Shown here: one piece after another, positions 1 through 10,030 of the stretch | How the letters are laid out: each line of letters begins with the position of its first letter | Numbering within the stretch: the stretch's first letter is position 1 | Assembly (NCBI GenBank): GCA_965263295.1 | Contig: OZ253665.1 | Location: forward strand, 1,312,001-1,376,000 | Direction of reading: 5' to 3' | Origin: Spirochaetia bacterium | GTDB taxonomy: Bacteria > Spirochaetota > Spirochaetia > SP-2023 | Length of the DNA stretch: 64,000 nucleotides | Made by a program: the position numbers and the translations under genes | The notes under the pieces: model-generated | What the model was told of the DNA's origin: nothing | The model's input: the letters and a program-made list of their open reading frames with translations, nothing else | The model's database searches: none

Positions 1-496
1 GCAGCACGTCGCCCAGGGCGCGCAGGCTGCATAAAACCAGGAGTGGTGGCTGTGTCTGTCGTTGTTCCGCTCGCTGCCAGAAGTGGATTTGCGCCAGAAC
101 CGAGCTGCGTTCGGTGAACACGCGGTTCTGAGAGCGGATGCCCTTATACAGACTGCTGCCCCAACTGGGAAATATCAGCGCTTCTAGGCCCAGGGCCGCC
201 AGGTCGTTGGCAAGTTCCCCAATGTCTTCACTGTTGGGCATGACGACTAACAGGCTGTGGTGCTGCTCAAGCAGCTGTGCCACGGCCAGAGCCGGGCTCA
301 GCTGTAAACGCTCGCGCCAGCGCGCGCAGTTGCCGGCCTGCGCTTCTAAAGCTCTCGTCGCCAGGCCGGCGCCATCTTGCTGTGGCTGCGAAAAAACTTT
401 ATCGCGCAGCAGCTGGTAAAGCAGCTGTGGGCTGTGTAATTTTTCGGAGATATTTAACGCTTCATTCACGGCTGTAGGCTTTGCGGACGGCTTCAT
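1..496 (-). CDS. mfd: Probable transcription-repair coupling factor Mfd, N-terminal part (runs off the window start)
   Basis: Hand translation from ATG 496 is open to base 2: ...HSLLVVMPNSEDIGELANDLAALGLEALIFPSWGSSLYKGIRSQNRVFTERSSVL...PPLLVLCSLRAL. This resembles the UvrB-homology N-terminus of Mfd (LLVV...A..L..DL...FP.W..L.Y...R..L). It is absent from the ORF track because it is partial. Confidence 0.65.
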   Translation of the reverse strand, partial: MKPSAKPTAVNEALNISEKLHSPQLLYQLLRDKVFSQPQQDGAGLATRALEAQAGNCARWRERLQLSPALAVAQLLEQHHSLLVVMPNSEDIGELANDLAALGLEALIFPSWGSSLYKGIRSQNRVFTERSSVLAQIHFWQRAEQRQTQPPLLVLCSLRALGDVL

Positions 497-572
497 AGCG
501 ACAGTGTAAGCGTCTGCATAAAAATGACAATCCCGCAGGTACTGATTGTTTTAGAACGTTTCCCCTGACTGG

Positions 573-612
573 CGGTAAAAGAGGCAACGCTTATGCGTCG
601 CCTCTTTTACCG
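573..612 (-). terminator. Long hairpin downstream of the dksA-like gene
   Basis: CGGTAAAAGAGGC-AACGC-TTAT-GCGTC-GCCTCTTTTACCG inverted repeat; fully paired on the minus strand with one G-U pair. Confidence 0.6.
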
Positions 613-638
613 TTATCCGAAAATTTGCTAACAAAGAT

Positions 639-989
639 TTAACGTCCTTCGGAACCTTTCTGGCAGTCAATACACAATGGAGCATAGGGAATAGCGATTA
701 AACGCTCTTCATCTATCTTCGCACCACACTTGACACAAAGCCCAAAACGTCCATTATTGATGCGACCAATAGCGGCCTCGACTTTGTTCAAGCGGTTTAC
801 ATCCTGCGTGCCCAGTGCCTCCAGCAAGCGGATATCAATGTCATTTGAAGCTAAGTCCACGCTATCTTTTACAGAATCATTACTCGCAGCATCCAGAAAA
901 TCAGCGCTTTCGGAGAGAATATTCTCCAATATCTGCGCGCGCATTTCATTCAACCGCTGCAACATTTTTTGACGAAATTGTTCTTCCAT
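639..989 (-). CDS. dksA: TraR/DksA family C4 zinc-finger transcription factor
   Basis: Coiled coil with DSVDLAS (DxxDxA), CVKC...CIDC zinc finger, ERLIAIPYA; GGAGG RBS upstream. Confidence 0.85.
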   Translation of the reverse strand: MEEQFRQKMLQRLNEMRAQILENILSESADFLDAASNDSVKDSVDLASNDIDIRLLEALGTQDVNRLNKVEAAIGRINNGRFGLCVKCGAKIDEERLIAIPYAPLCIDCQKGSEGR

Positions 990-1159
990 TATACCTCCTT
1001 ACCCGGAGAGGGAATAAAGTTGGGCAAAATTAATCATCACCCCACGGTTTGTCAAGTAGGCTGTTTATATTACAATGAACATAGACGGGCCATTATTGAA
1101 TTCTCAAAATACGCCTGATTTTTAACATGCATTAATTAGGGAATTTAAGAATAAAAATC

Positions 1160-2335
1160 TTAAACGGTGATGTCTTGCAGGAGCTCAAGCATAAAGTCTC
1201 CCGTCCTCGCTCCCGTGTCAAAACCACTGACAGGGAAACGCTCCCACGCCCGCTGCACGGCGCGGTCCAGCTTGTCCGCCGCTGCCGTGAAACCAATATG
1301 CGACAACAGCAAGCTGGCAGCTCGCATAATTGAACGTGGGTCGACATAAGGCAAGCGGCCTTCAGCGATCAGGCGCGGTGCCGAGCCGTGAACCGGCTCA
1401 AACATTGCATATTTGTCGCCGAGATTAGCGCTGCCAGCCGTACCTAAGCCCCCTTGAATCTCCGCGGCCTCATCTGTCAATATATCTCCATAAAGATTGG
1501 GCAAAATCAATATTTGAAACTTCTTACGCAATTCTTTGTCAATCAGGTTCGCCGCCATAATGTCGACATACCATTCATCAATTTCCAACTCAGGAAATTC
1601 TTTTTGGGCAATTTCCTTGCAAATTTGCAAAAAACAGCCGTCACCGCTCTTGATTATATTGGCCTTGGTGACAATACTGACACGTCGTTTAGCTCGGTTG
1701 CGGGCATATCGCATCGCACTGCGGGCAATGCGCTCCACTCCGGGACGCGTGGTCACCGCAAAATCAAAGGCCAGTTCACAGCCATTTTGGAGCCCTTCGA
1801 GCATCAGGCCTTCAGAGCCAAGGATATAGGCCCCTTCCGTATTTTCACGAAAAAAGCACCAGTCGATGCCTTGTTCTGGGACGCTGACCGGTCGCACATT
1901 GGCATATAGATCCAGCTCCCGGCGCAAAGTCACATTGGCGCTCTCCAAGTTGGCTACACCCTGGCCAGCCTGCGGCGTTGTCGTTGGCCCCTTTAGCAGC
2001 ACATGACAGGACCTTATCTGCCGCAGGACATCCGCCGGTACAGAGCAATTTTGTGCCAGGCGATTTTCCAATGTCAGGCCTTTTATGTCGATCAGCTCGA
2101 CCTTGCCCGCAGCCATCTCTGTCCGCAGTAGGACATTGAGCACTTGCTCGGCATACTCGACGAGCACCGGGCCAATCCCGTCGCCACCCGCAAGAGCAAT
2201 GCGCATACAAGGCAAGTTGGTCAAATCCGGCAACTGCTTAGCAGATTGAATCCTTTGCGACCGCGCCTGTTGCTTTTCGAGCATATTGCGAAATTTGGTC
2301 AAAGCTCCTTCAATATCCAAATACTGCTCCGTCAT
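1160..2335 (-). CDS. Isocitrate/isopropylmalate family dehydrogenase
   Basis: GDGIGP, LKGPTTTP, LRRELDLYANVRP, RENTEG, NLYGDILTDEAA, FEPVHGSAP motifs. Confidence 0.9.
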   Translation of the reverse strand: MTEQYLDIEGALTKFRNMLEKQQARSQRIQSAKQLPDLTNLPCMRIALAGGDGIGPVLVEYAEQVLNVLLRTEMAAGKVELIDIKGLTLENRLAQNCSVPADVLRQIRSCHVLLKGPTTTPQAGQGVANLESANVTLRRELDLYANVRPVSVPEQGIDWCFFRENTEGAYILGSEGLMLEGLQNGCELAFDFAVTTRPGVERIARSAMRYARNRAKRRVSIVTKANIIKSGDGCFLQICKEIAQKEFPELEIDEWYVDIMAANLIDKELRKKFQILILPNLYGDILTDEAAEIQGGLGTAGSANLGDKYAMFEPVHGSAPRLIAEGRLPYVDPRSIMRAASLLLSHIGFTAAADKLDRAVQRAWERFPVSGFDTGARTGDFMLELLQDITV

Positions 2336-2713
2336 GGCTTATCCTCCAGGAATCTTCTCAATGTAACGGCCGTAAAAATAATTTGGCAAGAAAATTACAG
2401 GCGGCAGAATCTAGCATAAATACCGGCATTTTGCAAATATGTGCAGGCTGACAAAGTGGTCTTCAATGTGATTGTGGCCTCTCAAAACAGGGTTGCGGCT
2501 ATTTCAACATCTTCAACATTGTGCGGAAGGTTCAGAATCTGAAATAATTTTGCACTCAATTGCCGCGAGAGAAAAGAAAAATACTCACGGATGACTTGAT
2601 CTGTAAAATTATTTTTTGCCATCAAATAGATAAATATCAGAAGACTGATGTGTGAAAGATTTATAATTCTGTCAATATTTGGACTTAAACTCATATAAGA
2701 GGATTTCTCAAAC

Positions 2714-2743
2714 TTGTATTCTGGCATTATTTTATGTTAAAAT
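2714..2743 (+). promoter_or_regulatory. Putative sigma70 promoter for ackA
   Basis: TTGTAT-18 nt-TAAAAT with an extended TGn, in an AT-rich intergenic region; GGGAGG RBS before ATG 2782. Confidence 0.4.
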
Positions 2744-2781
2744 CCGCCTAAAATATCGCTCAGAGAGTCAAGGGAGGTCTC

Positions 2782-4122
2782 ATGCTCATTTTAACCCTAA
2801 ATTGTGGTAGCTCATCGGCAAAATTTCAAATTTATGATTGGAAGGCCAAGGAAATTTTACTGGTCGGCCTGGTCGAACGTATCGGCCAATCTAATACCTG
2901 CCTGGAAATCAGTTTGCAGGACGGTTCCGAACAAAAGCAGGAAAAGAACTGTGAAGATCACGACCAGGCGCTCGCTTGGGTCATGAATGCAATTCAGCAA
3001 TCCGGGGTAGTCAAATCGTTAGAAGAAATCAAAGCGGTGGGTCATCGGATGCTACATGGTGGTGAAAAATTCACCAAATCAACCATTATTAACGAAGAAA
3101 CGATGAAAGTTTTTGAAAGTCTGGTAGACTTAGGCCCGCTGCATATGCCACCCAATATTAGTGGCGTCAAAGCGGCACAAAAGGCCCTGCCCCACGCTAC
3201 ACATTGTGCCGTGATGGATACAGCCTGGCACCAAAGCATGCCAGCTCAGGCTTATATGTACCCGCTACCTTACGAATGGTACCAGAACTACTCTGTGCGT
3301 CGCTACGGTTTCCACGGGACTTCCTATCTCTACACGGCAAAGCGTGCCGCCGCCTTATTGGGCAAAGAGCCCAAGCAGACGAACCTGATCATTGCCCACA
3401 TTGGCAATGGCGCCAGTATGTGTGCCGTTAGAGATGGTATTTGCATCGACACCACCATGGGGCTGACGCCGCTTGAAGGCCTAATGATGGGAACTCGTTC
3501 CGGCGATATTGACCCGGCAATTATTCCCTTTATGATGGAACGCCTGAATTGCAGCTCCAAGGATATCGACAACTATCTCAACAAAAAAAGTGGCATCCTG
3601 GGAGTGACGGAAGGTTTAATTGATCGCCGCGATGTCTACCAGAAGTGCGAAAGTGGCGATGAACGCCCCAAACTAGCTTTTGACATGGAATGCTACCGCG
3701 TCCGCAAGCAAATTGGAGCCTACACCGCCGCTCTGGGTCGCGTCGATGCTCTGATTTTTACCGCTGGTGTCGGAGAAATGAGTCCCGAATACCGCAGAGG
3801 CATGGCTGAAGGCTTGGATATCCTTGGCATTCAGCTCGATTCGGAAAAGAATACGGTATCCCGCACACGCAATTGCGAGACCCGCATTTCCAAAGATAAC
3901 TCACCGGTCGCGATTTTTGTCATTCCTACCGATGAAGAACTGGTCATGACGGCAGATGCCGTGGCTTTGATGGAAGGCACCTACGATGTGCATACGAAGT
4001 TTCATTATCATTTCGCAGACGCCCAATACAAGAATCCAGCTCGTGAAAGAGAGCTGCAGAAAAACCTAAAAAAGGATCCTAGACTACAAGATATCATTGC
4101 CCTGCCACCCAATCAAGGCTAA
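2782..4122 (+). CDS. ackA: Acetate kinase
   Basis: LNCGSSSAKF, GHRMLHGG, RRYGFHGTSY, MGLTPLEGLMMGTRSGDID, FTAGVGE, IPTDEE. Confidence 0.97.
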   Translation: MLILTLNCGSSSAKFQIYDWKAKEILLVGLVERIGQSNTCLEISLQDGSEQKQEKNCEDHDQALAWVMNAIQQSGVVKSLEEIKAVGHRMLHGGEKFTKSTIINEETMKVFESLVDLGPLHMPPNISGVKAAQKALPHATHCAVMDTAWHQSMPAQAYMYPLPYEWYQNYSVRRYGFHGTSYLYTAKRAAALLGKEPKQTNLIIAHIGNGASMCAVRDGICIDTTMGLTPLEGLMMGTRSGDIDPAIIPFMMERLNCSSKDIDNYLNKKSGILGVTEGLIDRRDVYQKCESGDERPKLAFDMECYRVRKQIGAYTAALGRVDALIFTAGVGEMSPEYRRGMAEGLDILGIQLDSEKNTVSRTRNCETRISKDNSPVAIFVIPTDEELVMTADAVALMEGTYDVHTKFHYHFADAQYKNPARERELQKNLKKDPRLQDIIALPPNQG

Positions 4123-4572
4123 AATGCCCAATAAATTGTATGCGGAATAGATTGCTGCTCAATGAATCAATCACTTTTCTGTATACAATTTACCAAATAT
4201 TAGTTGCAAACGAATTTTATTGTGTCCAAAGAATGACGGCCTTAATATTGCAGCCTGATACTTCGATAGGGCAACGAACTGTCGTTTTGACAAGAATTTC
4301 AAAAGAATCAACAGATGCACTCTCAACAGTTTGCGAGCTTTAACGAAGCCCCTTGCATTCTGTAGTAGTTCATAGCATAATCTTGCAGTTAGCAATATTT
4401 ACGGCTGCGAACCGTGAGTGAGTAACTTCAGCCCAGCGCCAACGACATTATTAAATGCCCAGGCATGCGGTCTGTGGACAAATGACATGTTTGATATTTA
4501 TGTAGCCTTAAATTTAGCGAGGCGGGCTATCTGGACAGCTGCGAGGACAATGAAGGCGGGTGGAACCTAGCT

Positions 4573-5577
4573 ATGGCAAAAAATACTGGACTAAATTTCG
4601 CAAGGAAAAGTCATTTGAGGAAATTCTGTTTGCTTTTGCTCTCATCACATCTATTCATGTGGGTTTTCCCGTTGAACGCAGAGGATAACCTGATTTTAAA
4701 TGATGGGCGCACCCTACGAGGTTCCATATTGTCCATGAGCGACGACACTATCGTTTTTTATGACGCCCAAGCGGATAGCCGGCGACGTATTCCCAAAGCT
4801 TCTGTCGTGGGGGGGCGCTTTGGAGATGCCCCCTTAAAAACCAATGCCACGCCCGAAAATATTCTACAAAGTAACAGCCCCCCTCTGCTCCACCTTTCCT
4901 TTGACCAAAGCTTTGAAAATCTCGGGTCAGAAACGGCAGAAATAATTAGTAATGGCACCATTCCCTTCAGCGATGACCCGCGCAACGAGCCGAAAAAATC
5001 TGTATTGAGCACCGGTTCGGGCAGCTATGTCCGCATCAAAACCACACCCGTACTCAATACACTCAAAGAGTTTTCAAGCAGTTTCTGGTTTCGCAGTCTG
5101 GATACTCATCGCCCACAGTATTTGGTCAGCAAATGGAAAGCCGCCTACCTTAGTTCCCAGACCGCAGACGGTGTGTTTACAATCGGATATACAAATCCGG
5201 GAGGCAATCTGTTTATCTTCTTGGTGGACCAGAACGGCGCTTATCATCCATATTCTATCGACAACGCCATCCAGGACAACCTGAGTTGGAATCATGTTGT
5301 CGTCAGTTTTGGAAATCAACAGTTAAACGTATATATTAATGGCAACCTGGTTTCTTCCAACGATATCAGCTACGAACTATTTCGAGACAACAGCTCTGAT
5401 ATCCTTTTGATGACAGCAATTTACCGAGATGCGGATGAGAGCGGCAATATTAAAGAGGATTTCAGCACATTTAACCTGATTGGGCAAATGGATGATTTTC
5501 GCTTGTGGGACAGGGCCATAACCTCAGACGATGTGCGCAACTTATACCGCAACAGCTACTCCGTCAGTGGCTATTAG
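4573..5577 (+). CDS. Exported LamG/concanavalin-A-like domain protein
   Basis: Signal peptide; D.LILNDGRTLRGSI small beta domain; FSSSFWF, WNHVVVSF, VYING, GQMDDFRLWDRAIT LamG-like motifs. Confidence 0.75.
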   Translation: MAKNTGLNFARKSHLRKFCLLLLSSHLFMWVFPLNAEDNLILNDGRTLRGSILSMSDDTIVFYDAQADSRRRIPKASVVGGRFGDAPLKTNATPENILQSNSPPLLHLSFDQSFENLGSETAEIISNGTIPFSDDPRNEPKKSVLSTGSGSYVRIKTTPVLNTLKEFSSSFWFRSLDTHRPQYLVSKWKAAYLSSQTADGVFTIGYTNPGGNLFIFLVDQNGAYHPYSIDNAIQDNLSWNHVVVSFGNQQLNVYINGNLVSSNDISYELFRDNSSDILLMTAIYRDADESGNIKEDFSTFNLIGQMDDFRLWDRAITSDDVRNLYRNSYSVSGY

Positions 5578-5669
5578 CGATGCCGCATGCATTCTGTGTC
5601 TTCGTAGGTATTTCTCAAGTTTTTTGTGATTATTTTGTGCGGGCAAACGAGCAAGATAACGGATAAAGT

Positions 5670-7991
5670 ATGTCGGATATAAATATTCCAGGGATCACCA
5701 AGAGCAAGTACCAAACCGACAAAATTATTGCCGGCTTGGTCAAGACGAAACAGATTGAACTCGACCGAATGCAGGCAAGTCGCGACGACTTGGAGCTGAA
5801 GCGCAAAGTTTGGCAAAGTATCAATATCTTGACCATGAAGCTGGAAGATAATGTTCGCAATCTGTATAATGTCGACAGTCCCTTTCGGCAGAAACTTTCT
5901 ACCAGCTCCGACAAGTCGGTACTTACAGTTACGAGCAACCGCCAAGCAGAGAGCGGTGAGCACATCGTACGCGTGCTGCAAACGGCAAAAGCAGACAGCC
6001 TGCATTCTGATGAAATTGCCAACGACTATCAGGTTTCCAACGGAAACTATACTTTTGGCACTGGTAAGGAAACAAAATCTTTCACTTTTAACGGCGGCAC
6101 ACTGCAACAGTTTGTTGCAGTCGCTAATCGTCAATTAAATGGTATTGCACATTTTAATGTGGTCAACAGCCGCGGCCAAAAACAAGTATTAGTTTTTGAG
6201 TCTGCCAAGAGCGGGGTAGAAAACCACCTCACCTTTGATGACCAAGGAAAAAAGCTGGCTCTGGACATCGGCTTGATTCTCGATGCCAATTCTTTACATG
6301 TCGATCTCCTGCAGGAGTCGCTAATTAGTCCTTTCAATGAACTTTCCAATTATAGTTTTTCCGCAAGCAAAAACGAAGTCAGCATTGATCCGGGGCAGGA
6401 GCTGCGCATCAGTTTGCCCAATAACTACACCGTGCGTTCTGGCAGTGTGATGCGCTATGATATCCTGGCCCCATCCGACAAGTTGCCCCCGATCAGTAAC
6501 ACTCCCGACAATCCAATTTTCTCTGGCGACGTGGACGGCGGGCCCGCGCCGCAAGCAGAGCAAGCAGAGCAAGCAGAGCAAGCAGAGCAAGCAGGGCAAG
6601 CAGAACAGCCAGAACAAGCGCAGCTGCCTGAAGACGTCAAAAATCGCCCACGGCCTAGTGGCGACGCCAGTGAAATGCCGCCGCCTTCTGCCACTATTGA
6701 TAATAACAGTATGGATAATGCAGGCAGCGACGAGGCGGTTACTGACATAGACTCAGGCGTAGTGCCGGCGAACCAAGGAAAGGATTCACAAGAGCAGGCT
6801 CTAGTCACAAACGACCCCAAAGATTTTCAAGAAGGCCAAGACAATTCGGCACAAACCTCAAACAGCAAAACCACAGATCGGCAGGATGACCCAATTAGAC
6901 CCAGCAACCCGGATTTACTCAAGTCAACAGCGAACTTCTACTTTGTACAGCAGGGCCGGCGCATCGCTGCCGGCCGCCGCGAAGGTGAAGTTCAAGCCAT
7001 TGGCGTGGCACACGAAGAGATACTGAGCCTGCACAGTATTGATGGCTTGCGTAATATCAGTGAAGTCGTAATACGCAATCCCAACCCCGGCCGCAAGATT
7101 ATTATACGCAACCTGCGCTTTGAGAATGCTGGAATTAAAACTGATTATCTCGCAACTCACCCTATCAGCACAGCGCAAAATGCAATAATTTCTTATTTGG
7201 GCGTAGAGATGGAACGTCCCAGTAACAACGTTGATGACCTCCTGCCCGGCCTAAGCCTGAACCTGAAGCAAGCCAAACCAGAAGAAGAGATTTTGATCCG
7301 CACCGAACCTGCTTACGAGGCTATAACCCAAAGAGTTGCCGATTTTGTAAATTCCTATAACGATTTGATGACACAGCTTAACATCGTCAGCACGAACAAT
7401 GAGATAGTTATTCGAGAAAAAACGGCCTTTACGGACAAGCAACGCGAAGAAGCGCGCGAAGTCTTGGGACTGCTGCAGAGTGACAGCAACGTGGCCAATC
7501 TAAAATACCGCCTGACAGGCAGCGTTGCCGATGGCTATCCCACCGGACTGGGCACTCAAACTCTTTCTGATGTCGGGATTTCGACAAACCTCTCTGGCCT
7601 CCAGGGAAGTATCTATCAGAACAAATTACGCGGTTACCTGGAATTTGATACAGAAATTTTCCAAAACGCCATGGAAGAGAACTTTGAAATGGTCAAAGAT
7701 ATCTTTGGCCGTGACAACGATGGCGATTACACCGTGGATAGCGGCAGCGCATTGGAAGTTCAGCGCATAAGTAATGGCTACACTCAAGCCGGCGGACCGA
7801 TTCCCCACAAAGTCAAGGACTTGGAGCGAAATATTGATGATAGCGAACGCCGTATTTCTGATTACAAAAATTATCTGCTTGATTATGAGGATGAACTAAA
7901 GCTTAAGTATGGCCGTATGGAAGGAACCTTGAACCAGTTAGAACGGCAACAACAGTCGCTAAAAAACTTCAGCGATTCTATGAACCGCTAA
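5670..7991 (+). CDS. fliD: Flagellar filament capping protein FliD with a low-complexity insertion
   Basis: MSDINIPG...SKYQTDKIIAGLV N-terminus; V.QTAKAD; ERPSNNVDDLLPGLSLNL; FVNSYN; C-terminal coiled coil LKLKYGRMEGTLNQL. Confidence 0.9.
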   Translation: MSDINIPGITKSKYQTDKIIAGLVKTKQIELDRMQASRDDLELKRKVWQSINILTMKLEDNVRNLYNVDSPFRQKLSTSSDKSVLTVTSNRQAESGEHIVRVLQTAKADSLHSDEIANDYQVSNGNYTFGTGKETKSFTFNGGTLQQFVAVANRQLNGIAHFNVVNSRGQKQVLVFESAKSGVENHLTFDDQGKKLALDIGLILDANSLHVDLLQESLISPFNELSNYSFSASKNEVSIDPGQELRISLPNNYTVRSGSVMRYDILAPSDKLPPISNTPDNPIFSGDVDGGPAPQAEQAEQAEQAEQAGQAEQPEQAQLPEDVKNRPRPSGDASEMPPPSATIDNNSMDNAGSDEAVTDIDSGVVPANQGKDSQEQALVTNDPKDFQEGQDNSAQTSNSKTTDRQDDPIRPSNPDLLKSTANFYFVQQGRRIAAGRREGEVQAIGVAHEEILSLHSIDGLRNISEVVIRNPNPGRKIIIRNLRFENAGIKTDYLATHPISTAQNAIISYLGVEMERPSNNVDDLLPGLSLNLKQAKPEEEILIRTEPAYEAITQRVADFVNSYNDLMTQLNIVSTNNEIVIREKTAFTDKQREEAREVLGLLQSDSNVANLKYRLTGSVADGYPTGLGTQTLSDVGISTNLSGLQGSIYQNKLRGYLEFDTEIFQNAMEENFEMVKDIFGRDNDGDYTVDSGSALEVQRISNGYTQAGGPIPHKVKDLERNIDDSERRISDYKNYLLDYEDELKLKYGRMEGTLNQLERQQQSLKNFSDSMNR
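6551..6622 (+). repeat. 9-bp tandem repeat (GCAAGCAGA)n encoding (QAE)n in fliD
   Basis: Four perfect units followed by four mostly degenerate units, read directly. Confidence 0.9.
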
Positions 7992-8050
7992 ATTATGCCG
8001 GCATAATACCCGGTTTACTTGCCTAAACAAATCCAGACGAGCTGGATTTT
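7992..8050 (+). terminator. Palindrome plus hairpin after the fliD stop
   Basis: Perfect 16-bp palindrome ATTATGCCGGCATAAT (7992-8007) and AAATCCAG-ACGAG-CTGGATTTT (8029-8050). Confidence 0.4.
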
Positions 8051-8082
8051 AGTCCCAGACCTAGTGCGAGAAGAGGTATGAA

Positions 8083-9798
8083 TTGAAAAAACGGAACATC
8101 AATCTACACGGCAAAATTCTTGCCGAAGCTTTTACAGCAGAAGAACAGCAATGCACGGGCCCCGACGACCAAGTGTATCCATTGGTCGGGGCGACACTCA
8201 ATGGCGAACTTTGCGGACTCAATCAGCCTGTACTCTTTGATTCTGAAATTGAAGCTGTTTATCTTAACGACTTCAAAGGCATGGCCCTCTATCGGAATGG
8301 ACTTTCCTTTGTCTTACTGCAGTCTTGGTACGCCCTGGCCGAAGGGTTGAGCGGAGGAGTAGAACAGGAAGCGAGCGAAGGTGAAAATATTCGTCAGGCT
8401 TTTAAGGAACTAGGCAACCTGACCATCGGGCCGACCATGGGCTCCAGCTTCTACTGCTACTTTGACAAAGAAATCAATCAGGCGTTAATCCTGAAACTTA
8501 AGCGGCAAATGCAAGCTTGGGTCGCGGCAGACCTGCCGATCAAACTAAATTATATCAGCTACACTTCAGCCGTGCAAAACTATGGGCACAAGGTTGAATG
8601 GCAGGAATATCTGAGCCTTTCCAACCGCAACCGCATCCCCGTGTATAGCCTGGCCGGCGAAGGACAGCTCACTAGCCCCCTGGTGCTTCCCTGCGTCCAC
8701 CGCTGTGGCCTCTTACAAGCCTTTGACTTGCAGAAAAAGGCCGGCGGTTTTTTCTTGCGTTTTCCCAGAAATGCCACTCCCTTTTTCGTGGGGAGTGATG
8801 CCGCATATGCTTCACAGCTACTTGATATCTACCGCAGTTACAAGCAGTGGAACCGGAATGTCGGAGTCGACAACGTGGCGAGCCTAGTGACTCGCACACA
8901 ACAAAAAAACGGTATTGACAAACTCATTACCTTATCTGAAATACACCAGCAGAAAAACATGGCCCAGATTGCCGATGCCGTGTTGCAGAGAGACTCGGCA
9001 CGCCTACTTTTGGTCGCAGGCCCCTCTTCTTCGGGAAAAACCACATTCACTAAAAAGCTGGCCCTGCAGCTAGAAATCTTGGGATATCAGACAGTCATCG
9101 TCTCTTTGGACGACTTTTATCTGGGCAAAGCGCTTGCCCCCAAAGACGAAGATGGCAAACCAGATTTGGAGTGCCTGGAAGCTCTAAACCTAGAACGCCT
9201 CAACCAGAACTTAAAAGACTTGTTAGCCGGTAAAAAAGTCGAGTTCCCGCGCTTCGACTTCACCACAGGACAGACGGCCCCCAAAGGCCATTGGCTGCAA
9301 TTGCCCGACAATGCCATCTTATTGCTCGAAGGTATACACGGCCTGAATCCCAAACTGACTCCCAGTATTCCGCGCGAAGAGAAATTCCACGTCTATATCT
9401 CGGCCTTGACCCAGTTAAACATCCTGCCTTCCCTGCGCATGCCCACTTCGGATAATCGGCTTTTGCGCCGCATCGTGCGCGACTACCAATTCCGCGGCCA
9501 CAGCGCCAACGAAACTCTGGCTCTGTGGAACTCGGTTCAACGCGGCGAGCGACTGCATATCTTGCCCCATCAGGACAAAGCCGACACGGTATTCAATTCG
9601 GCCCTTGAGTACGAAATACCCATCCTCAAGACATACGCCGCCCCTCTCCTAAAGCAAATCAAGCCTCGACAAGAAACCTACGCGGCAGCTAAGCGCCTGG
9701 AGAGCATCCTTTCATTTTTTCCGTCCTTGCCTTCAAGTCCAGTGCCCAAAGATTCAATCTTGCGCGAATTTATCGGCGGCAGCAGCTTTCACTATTAA
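8083..9798 (+). CDS. Nucleoside/uridine kinase family protein with ThrRS-like N-terminal region
   Basis: AGPSSSGKTTF Walker A, SLDDFY, LLEGIHGLNP, RLLRRIVRDYQFRG, FNSALEYE, SILREFIGGS; TTG start with GAGGT RBS. Confidence 0.88.
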   Translation: MKKRNINLHGKILAEAFTAEEQQCTGPDDQVYPLVGATLNGELCGLNQPVLFDSEIEAVYLNDFKGMALYRNGLSFVLLQSWYALAEGLSGGVEQEASEGENIRQAFKELGNLTIGPTMGSSFYCYFDKEINQALILKLKRQMQAWVAADLPIKLNYISYTSAVQNYGHKVEWQEYLSLSNRNRIPVYSLAGEGQLTSPLVLPCVHRCGLLQAFDLQKKAGGFFLRFPRNATPFFVGSDAAYASQLLDIYRSYKQWNRNVGVDNVASLVTRTQQKNGIDKLITLSEIHQQKNMAQIADAVLQRDSARLLLVAGPSSSGKTTFTKKLALQLEILGYQTVIVSLDDFYLGKALAPKDEDGKPDLECLEALNLERLNQNLKDLLAGKKVEFPRFDFTTGQTAPKGHWLQLPDNAILLLEGIHGLNPKLTPSIPREEKFHVYISALTQLNILPSLRMPTSDNRLLRRIVRDYQFRGHSANETLALWNSVQRGERLHILPHQDKADTVFNSALEYEIPILKTYAAPLLKQIKPRQETYAAAKRLESILSFFPSLPSSPVPKDSILREFIGGSSFHY

Positions 9799-10030
9799 AA
9801 GAGATTGTCTCTGAGCTCTGATAAATCTGCTCCTTCGCCCTATAAATCGACATAGAATCAACAAAATGATCGACATAAACGGAGTAAAACTCGGACGTGA
9901 GTAATAAATTATGCCGCAATATCAGGAGTCACATTCGACGAAACATGACAATGTAGCCCTAACCGTATATTGGGGTCAATATACTCGTGCGTCCGGTTTT
10001 GAAAGCCTCCGGCAGAAAAATCCGGGCGAA

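Noticed and set aside
2715..2742. dif site (TTATGTTAAAA resembles the XerD arm)
   Set aside because: No XerC-like arm ending in ATAA at the 6-nt spacing; better explained as the ackA extended -10 region
4123..4572. Possible ncRNA or small gene in the long intergenic gaps (also 33104-33510)
   Set aside because: No tRNA cloverleaf, known riboswitch motif or convincing ORF recognisable by eye; would need an Rfam scan
5640..5670. c-di-GMP-I riboswitch before fliD (GGGCAAAC)
   Set aside because: No following GAAA-capped stem or GCAAAG second hairpin, and too close to the start codon
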